Of a stretch of 64,000 nt of DNA, positions 1 through 13,849 are shown in pieces; within the stretch, counting starts at the first letter, position 1; each line of letters starts with the position of its first letter. Below the pieces are notes generated by a model. That model searched no databases and was not told where the DNA came from. It saw nothing but the letters and a program-made list of their open reading frames with translations. This DNA is from Eledone cirrhosa (lineage: Eukaryota), in contig OZ024742.1 in the NCBI GenBank assembly GCA_964016885.1, positions 268,274,001-268,338,000 of the forward strand. Reading direction: 5' to 3'. Both the position numbers and the translations under genes were made by a program.

Positions 1-456
1 ATATGAGATCGGTTTTGTTTTATCGGTCGAAGTTTTAAAAAGCTTAAGATTTAGTTGTAGGCATTCTTAAAACTGTTAGAAGCTGAAGGAAAAGTTTATG
101 GATATTAAGGTATATATTAACTTTCTCGTATCGTAAGTGTGGATATAAAATCTGTTTACTTTTTTTACGCCAGTAACTTTTCCGTGTTGATTAACTGCCG
201 AATTTTGAAAAAGTAAAAGATTTCGTGAAAGTCATTTTCTCATCTAATTGTGAGACTTAGAATTTGAAAGGTAAGCTCATATATATTTCAAACTTCGACC
301 GATAAAACAAAACGCATTTTATATTCATTGATGAATCATTGTAGATAGAACTGTCATGAAGAAAACATTATGTTTAAACGTTTTTTATGCAATGTTTTGT
401 CTTCTAATTATTTCAAATTAATATTGAAATATCTCAATGCTTTCACACGCACACGT

Positions 457-550
<94 letters not shown>

Positions 551-890
551 GTTTTAATATAGATGAGATTCTACAGGACTAGAACTGTTTCATTCATTAG
601 AAATCATCAGGAATCTGGGTATCAAAAAATAAACAAACTCTCTGAACACTGCCCGAACTGCATGCACAAGAACTTTGCAACATTCAAACACTTTAAGCCA
701 GTGTTAAAGCCCGATGGCTAAAAACGACCTCCCCCTACTGGCCCCTATACCTCCTCCCCACCCTACCCCCACCCCTCCTCAACCTGAAATACGGCCACTA
801 TGGTCATGTGAGTACCTCTTTCGTATCTACATTTTCTGCCTGTAGAGGTGTCTTTATGTGCCTGCGTATATGCGTATATTTATTGAGTAC
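551..890. mobile_element. PLE family 2: inverted pLTR piece (551-630, -) joined to ORF C-terminus and 3'UTR start (636-890, +)
   Basis: 551-630 is the reverse complement of ~10247-10325. 636-890 matches the reverse complement of ~21810-22080 and encodes ...[19 protein letters not shown]. Confidence 0.8.
566..616 (-). ncRNA. Type I hammerhead ribozyme (PLE family 2)
   Basis: agattc-CTGATGA-tttctaatgaat-GAAA-cag..ctg-TA-gaatct on minus strand. Confidence 0.75.
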
Positions 891-953
891 CTATTTACTT
901 GTATGTGTATATATTTGTTTGTATGTGTGTATATGTGTATGTGTGTGTGTGTG

Positions 954-1035
<82 letters not shown>

Positions 1036-1075
1036 TATATATATATATATATATATTTGTATATATGTGTGCAGA

Positions 1076-1116
<41 letters not shown>

Positions 1117-1249
1117 ATGTGTGTATGTATGTGTATGTATGTATGTATGTATGTATACGTGTGTATGTGTGTGTGTATGTTTATGTATATGTCTGTGTAT
1201 GTGTGTATGTATGTATGTGTGTGTATATGTGTGTATATATATGTGTGTA

Positions 1250-1306
<57 letters not shown>

Positions 1307-1399
1307 ATATATATGTGTGTGTATGTGTATATATGTATATATATGTGTATATATATGTATGCATGTATATGTATGTATGTGTGTATGTATGTATGTGTG

Positions 1400-1433
<34 letters not shown>

Positions 1434-1486
1434 CAACACATTAAACAAATAATGAATAAACAATTCCTTATATTAAACAAAAAAAG

Positions 1487-1641
1487 TTCATTATTTAACG
1501 ATCGTTTCTAGGGTATATATGTGTTATAATTGGTATGCATATTCAACAGATCTATGTACAAAATTATACAAAATTATACAAATTATCAAGATTAAATATA
1601 CATACCTAACACATATATACGCCGTCTTCAGAAATAATGAA
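1487..1641 (-). ncRNA. Type I hammerhead ribozyme with 116-nt stem II
   Basis: Minus strand: ttcattattt-CTGAAGA-[gtatatatgtgtta...taacacatatatac]-GAAA-cgatcg-TT-aaataatgaa; perfect 10-bp stem I, palindromic stem III. Confidence 0.8.
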
Positions 1642-2481
1642 GTATATTTATTGATAATAACAACAATTCAAAATATCAGTTCAAAATTGACCAATGAAAA
1701 CACAAAGGGTTAAAAGCAGTTCGGTGTGTGTATATACATGTAAAATCCTTACACATATTTTACAAAAATGTATGTATAACTTGTATACGCATACTAAAAA
1801 GATGGATGCAAACACAAAATTTCAAGGTTAATATCTCTGTAAGCTTAAAATGCGCTGATAAGATGCGCATTGATACTTATGGAGTCAAGCATATAAATAT
1901 ATTTTTTCATACTCACACATATCAGTATAATCACACATACATGCGCGTATATGCATAAATATACACATAACCACGAACATACAAACACACACACACCCCC
2001 ACTCACATTTATATATGTGGATATAAAATCATAAGCACATGGAAATTAAATCACTCACATAAAACACTGGCACACACATTTCAAGATCAAGATACAGAAA
2101 TTAGGTGGGAGGGGGGGGGGGGGGGAGGGGTCAGTATTCAATTGTCTGAGCAGACTGCCTAATATAAATGTATCTATAAATTAAGAAAAATAAAAAAATA
2201 AAACAATAAAATATAATAAATATAATATAATATACATACACATACAGATATATATACACATACATACATGTACGCGCACATAGAAATATTTACGCATACA
2301 CACATACACACATACATATACAGTCATACACACACATACACTTACACGAACATACACATACACATATAAAAAGATATATATATACACACACACACGCGCA
2401 ACACATACACACATACACATATATATAAAAAATAGATAATAAAGATATATATCCATATATATATATATACACACACACACA

Positions 2482-2527
<46 letters not shown>

Positions 2528-2606
2528 CATACACATACATCTAAATATACATACACATACATACACACATACATGTACATACATGTACATACATATACGC
2601 ACATCG

Positions 2607-2655
<49 letters not shown>

Positions 2656-2969
2656 TAGACATATAGATACATACACACACAACTTACATACACACGTATA
2701 TATATATATAGGTGTACCTTCATACATAGAATTAGATATATAATCATACATACATATGCACCTACTTATACTCATATATATAAATACATACGCTTCCATA
2801 TATGTGTATATACATAAAAAAACAATACAACCTCACCAAACTCAGACATACAAATAAAAATAATAATAAAAAGGCATATGTATATACATACACACACGCA
2901 TTAATAGAGATATATATATATACACACATACATACACATATATATATATACACATATATATACACATAC

Positions 2970-3012
<43 letters not shown>

Positions 3013-3099
3013 TACACTCATACATATATATATATATATATATATAAACATATATATCCACACACTCATACCACCATAAATACACATACAAACACCCAC

Positions 3100-3131
<32 letters not shown>

Positions 3132-3132
3132 G

Positions 3133-3164
<32 letters not shown>

Positions 3165-3463
3165 TAAAAAAAAACAGACATGCACATATATATATATATA
3201 TATTTTATTACTCTTATATATACACATATTATATATACATACACAACCTCACTTATACACATATACACATAAGTTATATTATAATAATAAAGAATAATAT
3301 ACATATATATATATACATATACATATATATATATATATATATATACATACATACATACACATACATACATACACATAAACATATACATACATAAATACAC
3401 ACATACGAATAAAGACATATATTCACACATAGACACCTATATATATATATATATATATATATC

Positions 3464-3534
<71 letters not shown>

Positions 3535-4651
3535 ACATACACACTCACATATATATATATGTGTATGTGTGTGTGCGCACATACACATATATACACACAC
3601 ACATACAAACACACACAAACACATACATATGCATACGTGCACACACACACACATATATCACATAGATACGAAGATAAACATATAAATAGAGAGACATACA
3701 TATATATACACAACACACATACACATACATACATACACGCATATACATATACATACATATATACACATATATATATTCCTATATATACAAGCATACACAT
3801 ACATACACATATATACACATACATACACATATACATACAACACATTCACATACACATACATATATAATGCATATATATACATATATATACATACATATGT
3901 ATGTACACTCATATATACACACGCAATCTTACATTCATATTTGCATGCTCATATATGTATTTTTATATTTAGATATAAATACCCAAACCTATATAGACAC
4001 CTACCTACATATATATTCATACATAGACGCTTACAAATACAGATGATAATAGTATGGGGGAAAGGGGGGGTTTGGAGAAGGGGATCAAAGTAAATATATG
4101 TTTCAAGAAACATATAATATTTTCCGTATCTTTATTCAATGTATGTTCTTACATATTTTCAGTGCTAGGAAATACGAAATCTATGCATCTCAAAATAAAT
4201 AAGTATACCATTAATCATATGTTAACTAAACCAAAGATAGTCAACATATTGATTTCTAAGGTGTAAATTAGTTAGGTTTATAATATTTGAAGCAGAATTT
4301 TGAAGTCAAACAGTAGTAGATTATTAATTACAGTATAACTAAATTAAAGTTAATAACGTTATGGTATCAATATTAGGAAATGAATTTAGTAATAGGGAAA
4401 AGAAACCCAAATAAAAATAAAATAAAGTATTACATCGGTAGTAGCATATAAATTATATGTTAACTAAATTAAAAATTATATATTTATTTCAATAGTATAC
4501 GTTAATTAGTATATGTTAATTAGGTATACAATACATAAAGCAGATATTGTATTTCATCAATAGCATAATATAATTATATGCAAATAGAAATCAAAATTAA
4601 TACGCATACATATACATATACATACACATACACATATACATACATATACAC

Positions 4652-4684
<33 letters not shown>

Positions 4685-5220
4685 CATATATACACATATA
4701 TACATACATACAGATACACATACACAACACACACATACACATACACATATACATATACATATCTTTTTCAAAAAATTGCACAGAATATATTAACTAGGTA
4801 TATATCCAAAACACATCCCATTCTATGATTACATGACATTCTGCAATTCGTCTGTATAAGGATACTAATTTTAAGCAAAATTAAAATTAAAATTTTTAGG
4901 TTGATTAAAACTAAAACCAAATAATAAATATATTTCCAAAATGTATATTAATTAGGTCTATAATACTAAAAATTATTTCTCTGTCATTGGATACATGATA
5001 TTATTTTGTTATATTTTATCTGTAAAAGAATTATAATAAAAGGTTTAAATAAATTAAAATTAATCTATAAATTAAATTACTAAGTATATATTAGTAATAT
5101 TTAAAGGTTTTTCACAATTTATGATTACATAATATTTTCTCATCTGTAATAAAATATTAATTAAATTAAATTTATAGGTTAACTAACATTTAAATTAAAT
5201 TAATTTCTAGAATAATGTTA

Positions 5221-7359
5221 TTAATTAGGTTTATAATATTTAAATGTTTTTTTTAGTTTATGATTACACGATATAATTAATTCCTGTCGTTTATTTAATA
5301 AGATATCCTTAGACTTCATTATTTCAAATAGTTCTTGGGAACATAATCTACATTCCTTTCTATTATTTTGATAAGGGGTGGCTCTTTTGAGCACACTCCA
5401 GGTCAAATCATATTTTATATTCTTATTTTTATAACTATTGATTTTTTCTGCTAGAGATGTTGTATTAGCCAGTGCGGCATTTTTAAAACTATGCTTGTGG
5501 GTATTAAACCTTGTCTTAAAATTGTTAGAGGTAGCTCCTATATATGAGCAAATAGAATCTTTAGTTTTAACATTACATTTATAGACTATGTTGTTAACAA
5601 GACAATTCCCTTTTAATGGGCAGTTTGTTTTGTTTCTACAGTTACATCCTTTCGTTAATTCTGTATTTGAGGAGATATTATGGTTAATTTGATGTACTGG
5701 TGGTATACTTATGGTTTTCTTACATTTATATGCATTATATGCACTTATATTTTGTTTTATGTTATTTGTTGTAGAGTATGAGAATTTAACTGTAGACCTA
5801 TTTAAGATTTGATGGTATTTGTGGTTTGGCGGGAAGTTTTTCTCAAGGATATAAAAACATTTTTTAGCAATATTATCCTTAACTTGTAAATTAAAAGGAG
5901 CATTATACCAAGTAACTCGTCTATTACGGTTTCTATGTTGTTTATTATTTTTATTATTTTTATAGGTTGTATCATGATTTTTACTAGGAGGATTAATGTT
6001 AATGATCTCACCACAACTATTTTTAGTTATATTTGTAGATTTAGGTGTTTTATCTTTTTTATTAGGAGTTTTATTATTAATATTTATTATAGTTGTATGA
6101 TGAGTAGTTTTTTGAGGGTTACTATACTTTATATTAGAAGATTTAGTATTTTGGGGTATATTGTGGGTGGCATTTAGGTGTGTACTTTTCATTTGGTGTT
6201 TGTTGGTAATATTATGCTGTATGCTTTCAGTATTTTTAGTAGAAGGTATATACTCTAATCTATTTTTGTGGCCACTTCTATCTAGAGCTTCATTATAAAA
6301 GGTCGCATTTTTATCAAATACATCTTGGTTAGAAGAAAGGTTAGAAATTCTAAGTGATATATTATATGCAAGGTTTTTAAGGATAGATTTAGGGTGATTA
6401 GATTGTGAGTGTATGTAATGTAAGTTTTGGTTAGGTTTATGGTAAGGTTGGTAGATACCCGTAGCTAAATCTAAAGTTATATCTAGGAAATTTACTACTT
6501 TACTTGTTTTTTCAAAAGTAATATTAAGATTATAATAGTCTTTAAGGAAAGTTCTAATATGTTTTTTGTTTTTTTCGATTTCTGAAAGGCTAAGGTTGTT
6601 AGAAAGAAGAAGACAGTCATCACGATATAAACCACCTTTGAGGTGGGGAAAAGAGGCATTTATGTTGAAAAGGAGAAAGAGGCCCACAAGATCAGTAATT
6701 TGGGCGGAATCGCTTGAACCCATAGTAATATCAAAAAGATTACTGTATGTGTTTCTGGTCCAGTATTCATTCTGAAATTCAATAAGTGTTAGTCTAGCAT
6801 GTGTAATAATGTTAATGTCATCCGAAGTTAAATTAGATCTATTTTTAGCAAATATTAATGCTTTGTTCAGGAGTATAGGTGATATAGAAGAATAGTAATT
6901 ATCTATATCAAATTGTAGGAAAGAAGCAGAAGATTTACACCTAATATTTTTAAACCAGTTAATTACCTGGGAGGTGTTTTCCCAGAGTGGTAAAATAACG
7001 TGTTTTCTTATTTGTGGGATGACTCTATCTAAAATTTTTTTGCTAATTATTCCAATATCTGATTTGGAGGGACATATAAGTCTAATAGAAGGATTAGAGT
7101 TAAAGTTAGATTTGTGATCTTTCAGGTTGAAGTGTGGTCTTTTCAATGCCAAAGGTTCAGTTCTATCTTCAATGTTTAGTTTTTTTACTATGTTGTGTGT
7201 TTTGTTGTTGATGTTGGTGAGTGACACATTATTAGATTTTTTATAATTTTTTCTGAGTTCTTTATATATGAACTCATTATAATGTTCAATATCCATATGA
7301 TACAAGTTACCAGTTTTGTCCGAGTGGACATGGATTTTTTTAGACTTTTTTAGGTCCAA
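5221..7359 (-). CDS. Penelope-like RT + GIY-YIG endonuclease (uninterrupted 712 aa, N-terminally truncated)
   Basis: SDKTGN, LKDHK, IRLICP, QFDIDNYY, ITMGS, GLYRDD, FLDI, CNCx5CPL, IVYKC...YIG, CRLC, terminal CxH. Confidence 0.92.
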   Translation of the reverse strand: MDLKKSKKIHVHSDKTGNLYHMDIEHYNEFIYKELRKNYKKSNNVSLTNINNKTHNIVKKLNIEDRTEPLALKRPHFNLKDHKSNFNSNPSIRLICPSKSDIGIISKKILDRVIPQIRKHVILPLWENTSQVINWFKNIRCKSSASFLQFDIDNYYSSISPILLNKALIFAKNRSNLTSDDINIITHARLTLIEFQNEYWTRNTYSNLFDITMGSSDSAQITDLVGLFLLFNINASFPHLKGGLYRDDCLLLSNNLSLSEIEKNKKHIRTFLKDYYNLNITFEKTSKVVNFLDITLDLATGIYQPYHKPNQNLHYIHSQSNHPKSILKNLAYNISLRISNLSSNQDVFDKNATFYNEALDRSGHKNRLEYIPSTKNTESIQHNITNKHQMKSTHLNATHNIPQNTKSSNIKYSNPQKTTHHTTIININNKTPNKKDKTPKSTNITKNSCGEIININPPSKNHDTTYKNNKNNKQHRNRNRRVTWYNAPFNLQVKDNIAKKCFYILEKNFPPNHKYHQILNRSTVKFSYSTTNNIKQNISAYNAYKCKKTISIPPVHQINHNISSNTELTKGCNCRNKTNCPLKGNCLVNNIVYKCNVKTKDSICSYIGATSNNFKTRFNTHKHSFKNAALANTTSLAEKINSYKNKNIKYDLTWSVLKRATPYQNNRKECRLCSQELFEIMKSKDILLNKRQELIISCNHKLKKTFKYYKPN

Positions 7360-7804
7360 TAGGGTAGAATCAGTGTTAGGTATGTATATTTAATCTTGAT
7401 AATTTGTATAATTTTGTATAATTTTGTACATAGATCTGTTGAATATGCATACCAATTATAACACATATATACCCTAGAAACGATCGTTAAATAATGAACT
7501 TTTTTTGTTTAATATAAGGAATTGTTTATTCATTATTTGTTTAATATTTTATCTTGACTCTGTATACCGTTTATCTTTCACCGAAAGTGGATTTTCATTA
7601 CATCTCTTCTTTCCATGATATCCGGAATACATTGAGTTCTTCATACGGATTGGACACTACCGTAAACTCTTGGTAGATTTATCTACATATATATATATAT
7701 ATATATTTATATATATGTATATATGTGTATGTATATATGTATATGTGTGTATATGTATATATGTATATGTATGTGTGTGTGTATGTATGTATGTATGTGT
7801 GTGC

Positions 7805-7902
<98 letters not shown>

Positions 7903-8011
7903 ATATATATATATATATTTGTATATATGTATATATGTATATATATATGTATATGATTGTGTGGGCAGGTGTGTGTATATATATATATATATGTATATAT
8001 ATGTATGTATA

Positions 8012-8056
<45 letters not shown>

Positions 8057-8228
8057 GTATATATATATATGTGTATACATATGTATATATATGTATATAT
8101 ATGTGTATGTGTGTGTGTATGTATATATATATATTTATATATATATATGTGCATGAGAGCGAGAGTGTGTGTGTGTATATATATTTTGTGTGTGGGTGTG
8201 TGTATGTGTGTATGCGCGCGTGAGTGTG

Positions 8229-8279
<51 letters not shown>

Positions 8280-8588
8280 ATGTGTGTATATATATGTATA
8301 TATATGTATATCACGCTCCACTCTCCTACCCATCACAGGAAGATATGTGTATGTATATTGCTTCCACCTCCTCACTGACCAGCAGCTGGCGATTGCTAAA
8401 TCTGACCTTTATAAAATAACCCACACCCCAAATAACTTCTCATTCACTACCAGAAAGGGACACAGCAGTCAACCTGTTGTTGCTACCAAGATGAAAACTG
8501 CTATGAAATCCCACAATGAATTTTATACTTGAATTTTCAAGTCTCAAATTTTAACTCTTCGTATTATTAATTTTTCTTAATATTAATC

Positions 8589-8636
8589 AACATTTGAAAA
8601 GATGGCTTTTGCAGACCCATCGAAACCGGTCATTTT
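8589..8636 (+). ncRNA. Minimal type I hammerhead, U3:A8 core variant
   Basis: aacat-TTGAAAA-gatgg..ccatc-GAAA-ccgg-TC-atttt; stem I has one mismatch. Confidence 0.6.
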
Positions 8637-8736
8637 TTATACCCTTTATTATTTTCTTCCCTTATAAAATTATGTTTTTTCACAAAAAAGTATTCTGTCT
8701 CTTATATATTCCATGTGCCATTACCAACCTCAATTT

Positions 8737-8803
<67 letters not shown>

Positions 8804-8951
8804 GTATATATATGTATGTATATATATGTGTGTATGCATATGTGTTTGTGTATATGTGCGTTATATGTCTGTATATATTTGTGTATATTTATGTATAGGT
8901 CTGTGTATGTATATGTATGTTTGTGTATGTATGGATATATATATATATATA

Positions 8952-8998
<47 letters not shown>

Positions 8999-9055
8999 TT
9001 GTAGTTGTGTGTATAGATATATATATATATATATGTGTATATATGTGTATATGTG

Positions 9056-9096
<41 letters not shown>

Positions 9097-9271
9097 GTGT
9101 GTATGTATGTGTGTATATATATATATATATATGTATATGTATATATATATATATGTGTGTGTATGTGTGTGTGTATAGATATTTATACATATGTATACTC
9201 GTGTTTGTATGTATGCGTGTGAGTCTATTTATTTGTGTATATATGTGTGTGTGTGTATGTATGTGTATGTC

Positions 9272-9324
<53 letters not shown>

Positions 9325-9403
9325 GTGTATATATATATATATATGTATGTATATATATATATGTATATATGTATATATATTTGTATGTGTGTGTGTATGT
9401 GTG

Positions 9404-9436
<33 letters not shown>

Positions 9437-9467
9437 GTATGTGTGTTTGTATATGTGTGTATGTGTG

Positions 9468-9529
<62 letters not shown>

Positions 9530-9859
9530 TATGTATATGTGTATATGTATTTTATATATGTATGTATGTATGTGTGTTTGTATGTGTGTGTACATGAATA
9601 TATATTTTTTTATATATATTTATATATTTTTTTTATATATGTGTGTGTGTTTTTATGTGTGTATATGTGTTTGTGTGTGTGTTTATGGTTGCGCGTAAGT
9701 GTGTGAGTGAGTATGTGTGTTTTTTGTTTTTTATGTGTGTTTTTTTGTTTTTGTGTTTTTTTGTTTTTTTGTTTTTTTGTTTTTTTGTTTTTTTGTGAAT
9801 GTGTCTGTTGATTTTGGCATATTATTGATTAGTTTAAGAGAAGTTCGAAGATAATAGTA

Positions 9860-10392
9860 AGATATGCACTCAGTATTTTGAATCTGTCTGCAGAATTCCC
9901 TAGACCTTTGTCACTTAGTAGAACCTTAATGACTTTAGCTTTTAAAGAATCTCCCTCTTCTTTAATTCTATCGAGCTTGACTGACCCCCCACTGATTTTA
10001 TAGACATCTGTTAGCTTAAGAGAAACTTATTGACAAGGAATGGTATGCCATCCGGAACCTGTTTATAGAATTTTGTCTGCCTTTGTTACTCTAAAAACAT
10101 AAATAAATATAATAAAAATAAAAATTAACTATAGCTTTGTAGAATTAGCTTTTAATGAATTCCCTTTTCTATCAACCAATGACCTGCACCCATTCAACTC
10201 CCCACCCTCTCCTACCACTTGTAGAGACCTATAAATACCATATTTATTTTTTGATACCCAGATTCCTGATGATTTCTAATGAATGAAACAGTTCTAGTCC
10301 TGTAGAATCTCATCTATATTAAAACTGTTATACTCTGCTATGTATTGAGTACCTTACTTACTGTGGTTACCTCCGATTCAACCCGGAATAAC

Positions 10393-10393
<1 letters not shown>
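9860..10393 (+). mobile_element. PLE family 2 pLTR plus tail, probable 3' end of the element starting at 551
   Basis: Homologous to the reverse complement of ~24195-24600 and 16173-16630; ends ...ccggaataacg followed by (TA)n. Confidence 0.75.
10260..10310 (+). ncRNA. Type I hammerhead ribozyme (PLE family 2)
   Basis: agattc CTGATGA tttctaatgaat GAAA cag ttctagtc ctg TA gaatct. Confidence 0.78.
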
Positions 10394-10441
<48 letters not shown>

Positions 10442-10776
10442 TGCAGAGAGACAGACAGACATATATGTCTGTACTTTTAAATAGTTGAATATGTGACATT
10501 CCTAATAAAGTACATTCTAAATCTATGAAGTAGATATATTTTCAGTTTTATTTGGCTTTGAGTGAAGAACTAAACCTTTCGTATGTATTCTCTAGTGGAA
10601 TGATTTTACTCTTTGCTTTAATTGCAGATTAATGTCTACCTACTCTTATCGGGGTGCTGTTATTGTTCTTTAGATCTAGGTCATTACGTATTTAGCGTTT
10701 TGGCATCTAAAACATTAATAGCACGTTGAAAGATGAGACAACGTCAAGTAACTCTAGAGAAAGGCAAGTACATTAC

Positions 10777-10860
10777 GTTTTTCAACCCAGGCATAGCAAT
10801 TAATATTTAATTTGTCCTTTTTTAAAAAAATAATCTCCCTAGTCTTTGCCTCGATAGCCG
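10777..10860 (-). CDS. Candidate host exon (84 nt, AIEAKTREIIFLKKDKLNINCYAWVEK)
   Basis: ttttttgttatttgactgtAG acceptor, GTAATG donor, open symmetric phase-1 frame in non-repeat DNA. Confidence 0.3.
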
Positions 10861-11364
10861 CTACAGTCAAATAACAAAAAATAACGTTACAAATGGGAGT
10901 GAAAATATGAACACAAATGATATATACAAAGCATAAACATAAATTTACAGTAGAATAACATGAGAAATATGTTTTAAATATATACATATATAACATTAGA
11001 AATGCTTAGATAACGTTAGAAATTGATCGCGATTCTTTCATAAGGATATATTCCTTTAATGTTGCAATATTAAAGAAAATCTTATAACATATAATTATGA
11101 GCGTTACTTTTTTTCATACCTTCTTCAATATAACAAAATATTTGATTTAGACCACCCAGTTTCAAAATTGTTTTTGAAACAGTTTCGGAAAGGATGGCCA
11201 GTAAGCCTCGAAATTTAAATGAAGTTATCACCGCAATGGCACTCTTCAGCTTGCGGCTGGTTAATAACCTACATTGAGGTTCACTATGCCATGATCAGTA
11301 AATAACGTGCCTAAATATGTTTGATTTTCAAGAAATTATATTTATTATTTCATTATATTATATA

Positions 11365-12122
11365 GTAGCAGAATACCCGGCGTTGCTCGGGCTTCTAAAC
11401 ATAGATTGGCATGTTTATCCGTCCTTTCTGAAACAGTACAGATAAGTGCGGAATACATCGGCCTGGGCATGGTGTCTTCATTTTGTGCTTATAAAAAAAA
11501 ATTCGTCGTAGATTACCAGTGTTTTAACTTAATTTTGTGCCTGAGTGTAAAATGTTCAATCGACGAAATCCAAGACGATAGGGTTAAGTAAAAAGGCATT
11601 CGACAAACCGAACTTGTATTTGTTGTGCTATGGTACAATGAAAGTTACAGAGCAGTAAGCATATGGGACTGCAGTGGTGGAGAGCATGTAGAAATTTAGT
11701 TGGATACTTTTAAGGTTACAAAAATTTATCCAATCTGATATAGTCCGAACTGCTATATCGGATGCAGAACGCTTCGGAATTACTATTGCGGTCACCATCA
11801 ACAATTTCAAGGGATCTGCGTTTAAGTAGGGATACTATAGTCTATAAAGAGAGGTAACTCTTTCAAAATACTAAAGATTTGTCGCTCTTGAACATTGTAG
11901 ACAAAATTGCCGAACTGACAAAAAGGGCTTAATGTTTTAGTGAAAGAAACGCCTTTAACAGGAAATTGAAAAATAAAAGCTGCAGTTAATATCTTTAGAC
12001 CACAAAGAATATATAAATGCAAGTTTGAAGTCAATCGGAGTAGAAATGTGGATTTGTATAGACTTTCCAAAATTAAGACACACACACACACAGACAACTT
12101 CAGTTTTATATATATGTATAGA
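11365..12122 (-). mobile_element. Non-autonomous Helitron-like element
   Basis: Minus strand starts TCtatac..., has a (TG)n tract near the 5' end, and ends with hairpin cccgagcaacgccggg + tattctg-CTAC (degenerate CTAG). Confidence 0.6.
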
Positions 12123-12839
12123 TGTTAGACTAATTATTTCAGTTATATTTTAAATACAATATCGGTTGTAATATAGATTAGAAAGAAATTACAATATTTG
12201 AATTAAATAAGATACATTAGATAAAATATATGTCCTAGAGTTTTCGATAGCAGGTTTTGCCATTAATAACTTTCTTATAAATTAACCTTTGGGAAACTGA
12301 TGGGAAATTAGTTTCATGACTAATACAAATGAATCATATGTAATTTGAAAGATAAGGATACCCCGTGTACTTTATATATATATATATATATGTTAGAATT
12401 TATTTTTTTGCTCTAACGTAGCCGAAACGTAAATGCATTCTTGACTTTTATATCGAATAATGATAATATTCGATTCGTTTGCAAGTATAAAGTCTCATTG
12501 CGTTATATTTTTTAGATGACTATCGCCGTCCTTTTGTTTAATGAAAAAAAAGAAACATTCGACAATATTATTTCTGGATTGTTGCCCTTTATCAAGATTG
12601 TGTACCTCTCTTCTGTCACTCACAAGAAATCTTGAGAAGATATAGTATTCTCTAAAGTATACATTCTCTGATTAGCCTAATTTACACATCGAGAGACTGT
12701 ACGGCCGGTTTTGCTGAAAATTGAAAGCAAATTTAGAATTTGGTTTTTCTCTCTAACATAGCTGATAAGTAAATCCATTCGTGAATTTTATATCGAATAA
12801 TAATAATATTTGATACGTTTGCATGAACAGATTGTGAGT

Positions 12840-12968
12840 GAAGAAGAAGAAGAAGAAGAAGAAGAAGAAGAAGAAGAAGAAGAAGAAGAAGAAGAAGAAG
12901 AAGAAGAAGAAGAAGAAGAAGAAGAAGAAGAAGAAGAAGAAGAAGAAGAAGAAGAAGAAGAAGAAGAA
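12840..12968 (+). repeat. (GAA)n microsatellite
   Basis: About 43 perfect GAA units. Confidence 0.98.
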
Positions 12969-13247
12969 ATAGTAGTAGTAGTGGTTGTAGTAGTAATATT
13001 AGTAGCAGCATTAGTAGTGGTAGTAGTTTCAATTCACTGAAATGTCCTGGGTTGAACATTGGAGTTACTTTCTCAAAGCACATATGTATAAATGAGGGTA
13101 AATTCTAAACTGTTTAATTGTACGCTGTTATAGAGGACCGACTGAATACGCATGTGTGTTTTTTCTAGCCAATTCATTTTCTAATGTTCCCCATTCCTTC
13201 CTCTTATCAATCTTTATTTTCTATTTATCTTCTATTTCTAACTCTAT

Positions 13248-13284
13248 ATTTTGATGAAGGACTAGTGTTTCGAAACGTAATGAC
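13248..13284 (+). ncRNA. Degenerate minimal Penelope-type hammerhead remnant
   Basis: atttTGATGAagga-ctagtgt-ttcGAAAcgTAat resembles the CTGATGAAGG..CCGAAACGT pattern of PLE pLTRs. Confidence 0.4.
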
Positions 13285-13629
13285 ACTCTCCCTGCTATTT
13301 CAAGCGTTAAATTAAGATATTTCTACCATGTGGTTTGCCAATTGTTTAGTTATTTTTCGTTATTGCTGAATATATTTTATGCACACACACACGCGCGCAC
13401 GTGCATATATATGTGTTTGTATATATATATATATATATATATTTGGTCCTCAATGTTTATCATTGACTGACCAACCGTCAAAATACAGATATAAACACAT
13501 ATATATAGTCTTACAAAGTTCTTTCGTTGCACATCTGCAACAGCATCAGTGGTACTACTATGTTCCTCCTGTTGTATTGTATGTCTACGACATTTTGGCG
13601 TAGGCATACAATATAACAGGGAGAACACA

Positions 13630-13671
<42 letters not shown>

Positions 13672-13849
13672 GAGAAAGATTGATATAGAGGTCTTCATTA
13701 TGTAGATATGACGTCTCTATCTATTATTTTTGGGTGTGCGATTGGCTGTTCTTGTTAAGCTGGTTGTTGATAAGTTATAGTCAAATAACCTATGATTAAT
13801 TTTCTACCAAGCATAATGTTTCTGGTGCTTTAGAGATATCTCATATTAC

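Larger units (their letters stand above)
1440..7690 (-). mobile_element. Penelope-like element family 1 (Naiad-like), 5'-truncated, with inverted pLTR arm
   Basis: RT/GIY-YIG ORF on -. 7371-7545 is a near-perfect reverse complement of 1440-1612. HHR at 1487-1641. Flanked by TA-rich microsatellite. Confidence 0.85.
890..9800. repeat. Kilobase-scale compound (TA)/(TG)/(TATG) microsatellite fields (890-1435, 2200-4000, 4600-4760, 7690-8310, 8760-9800); similar fields at 18240-18890 and 20925-21720
   Basis: Directly visible; source of the many [12 protein letters not shown] pseudo-ORFs. Confidence 0.95.
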
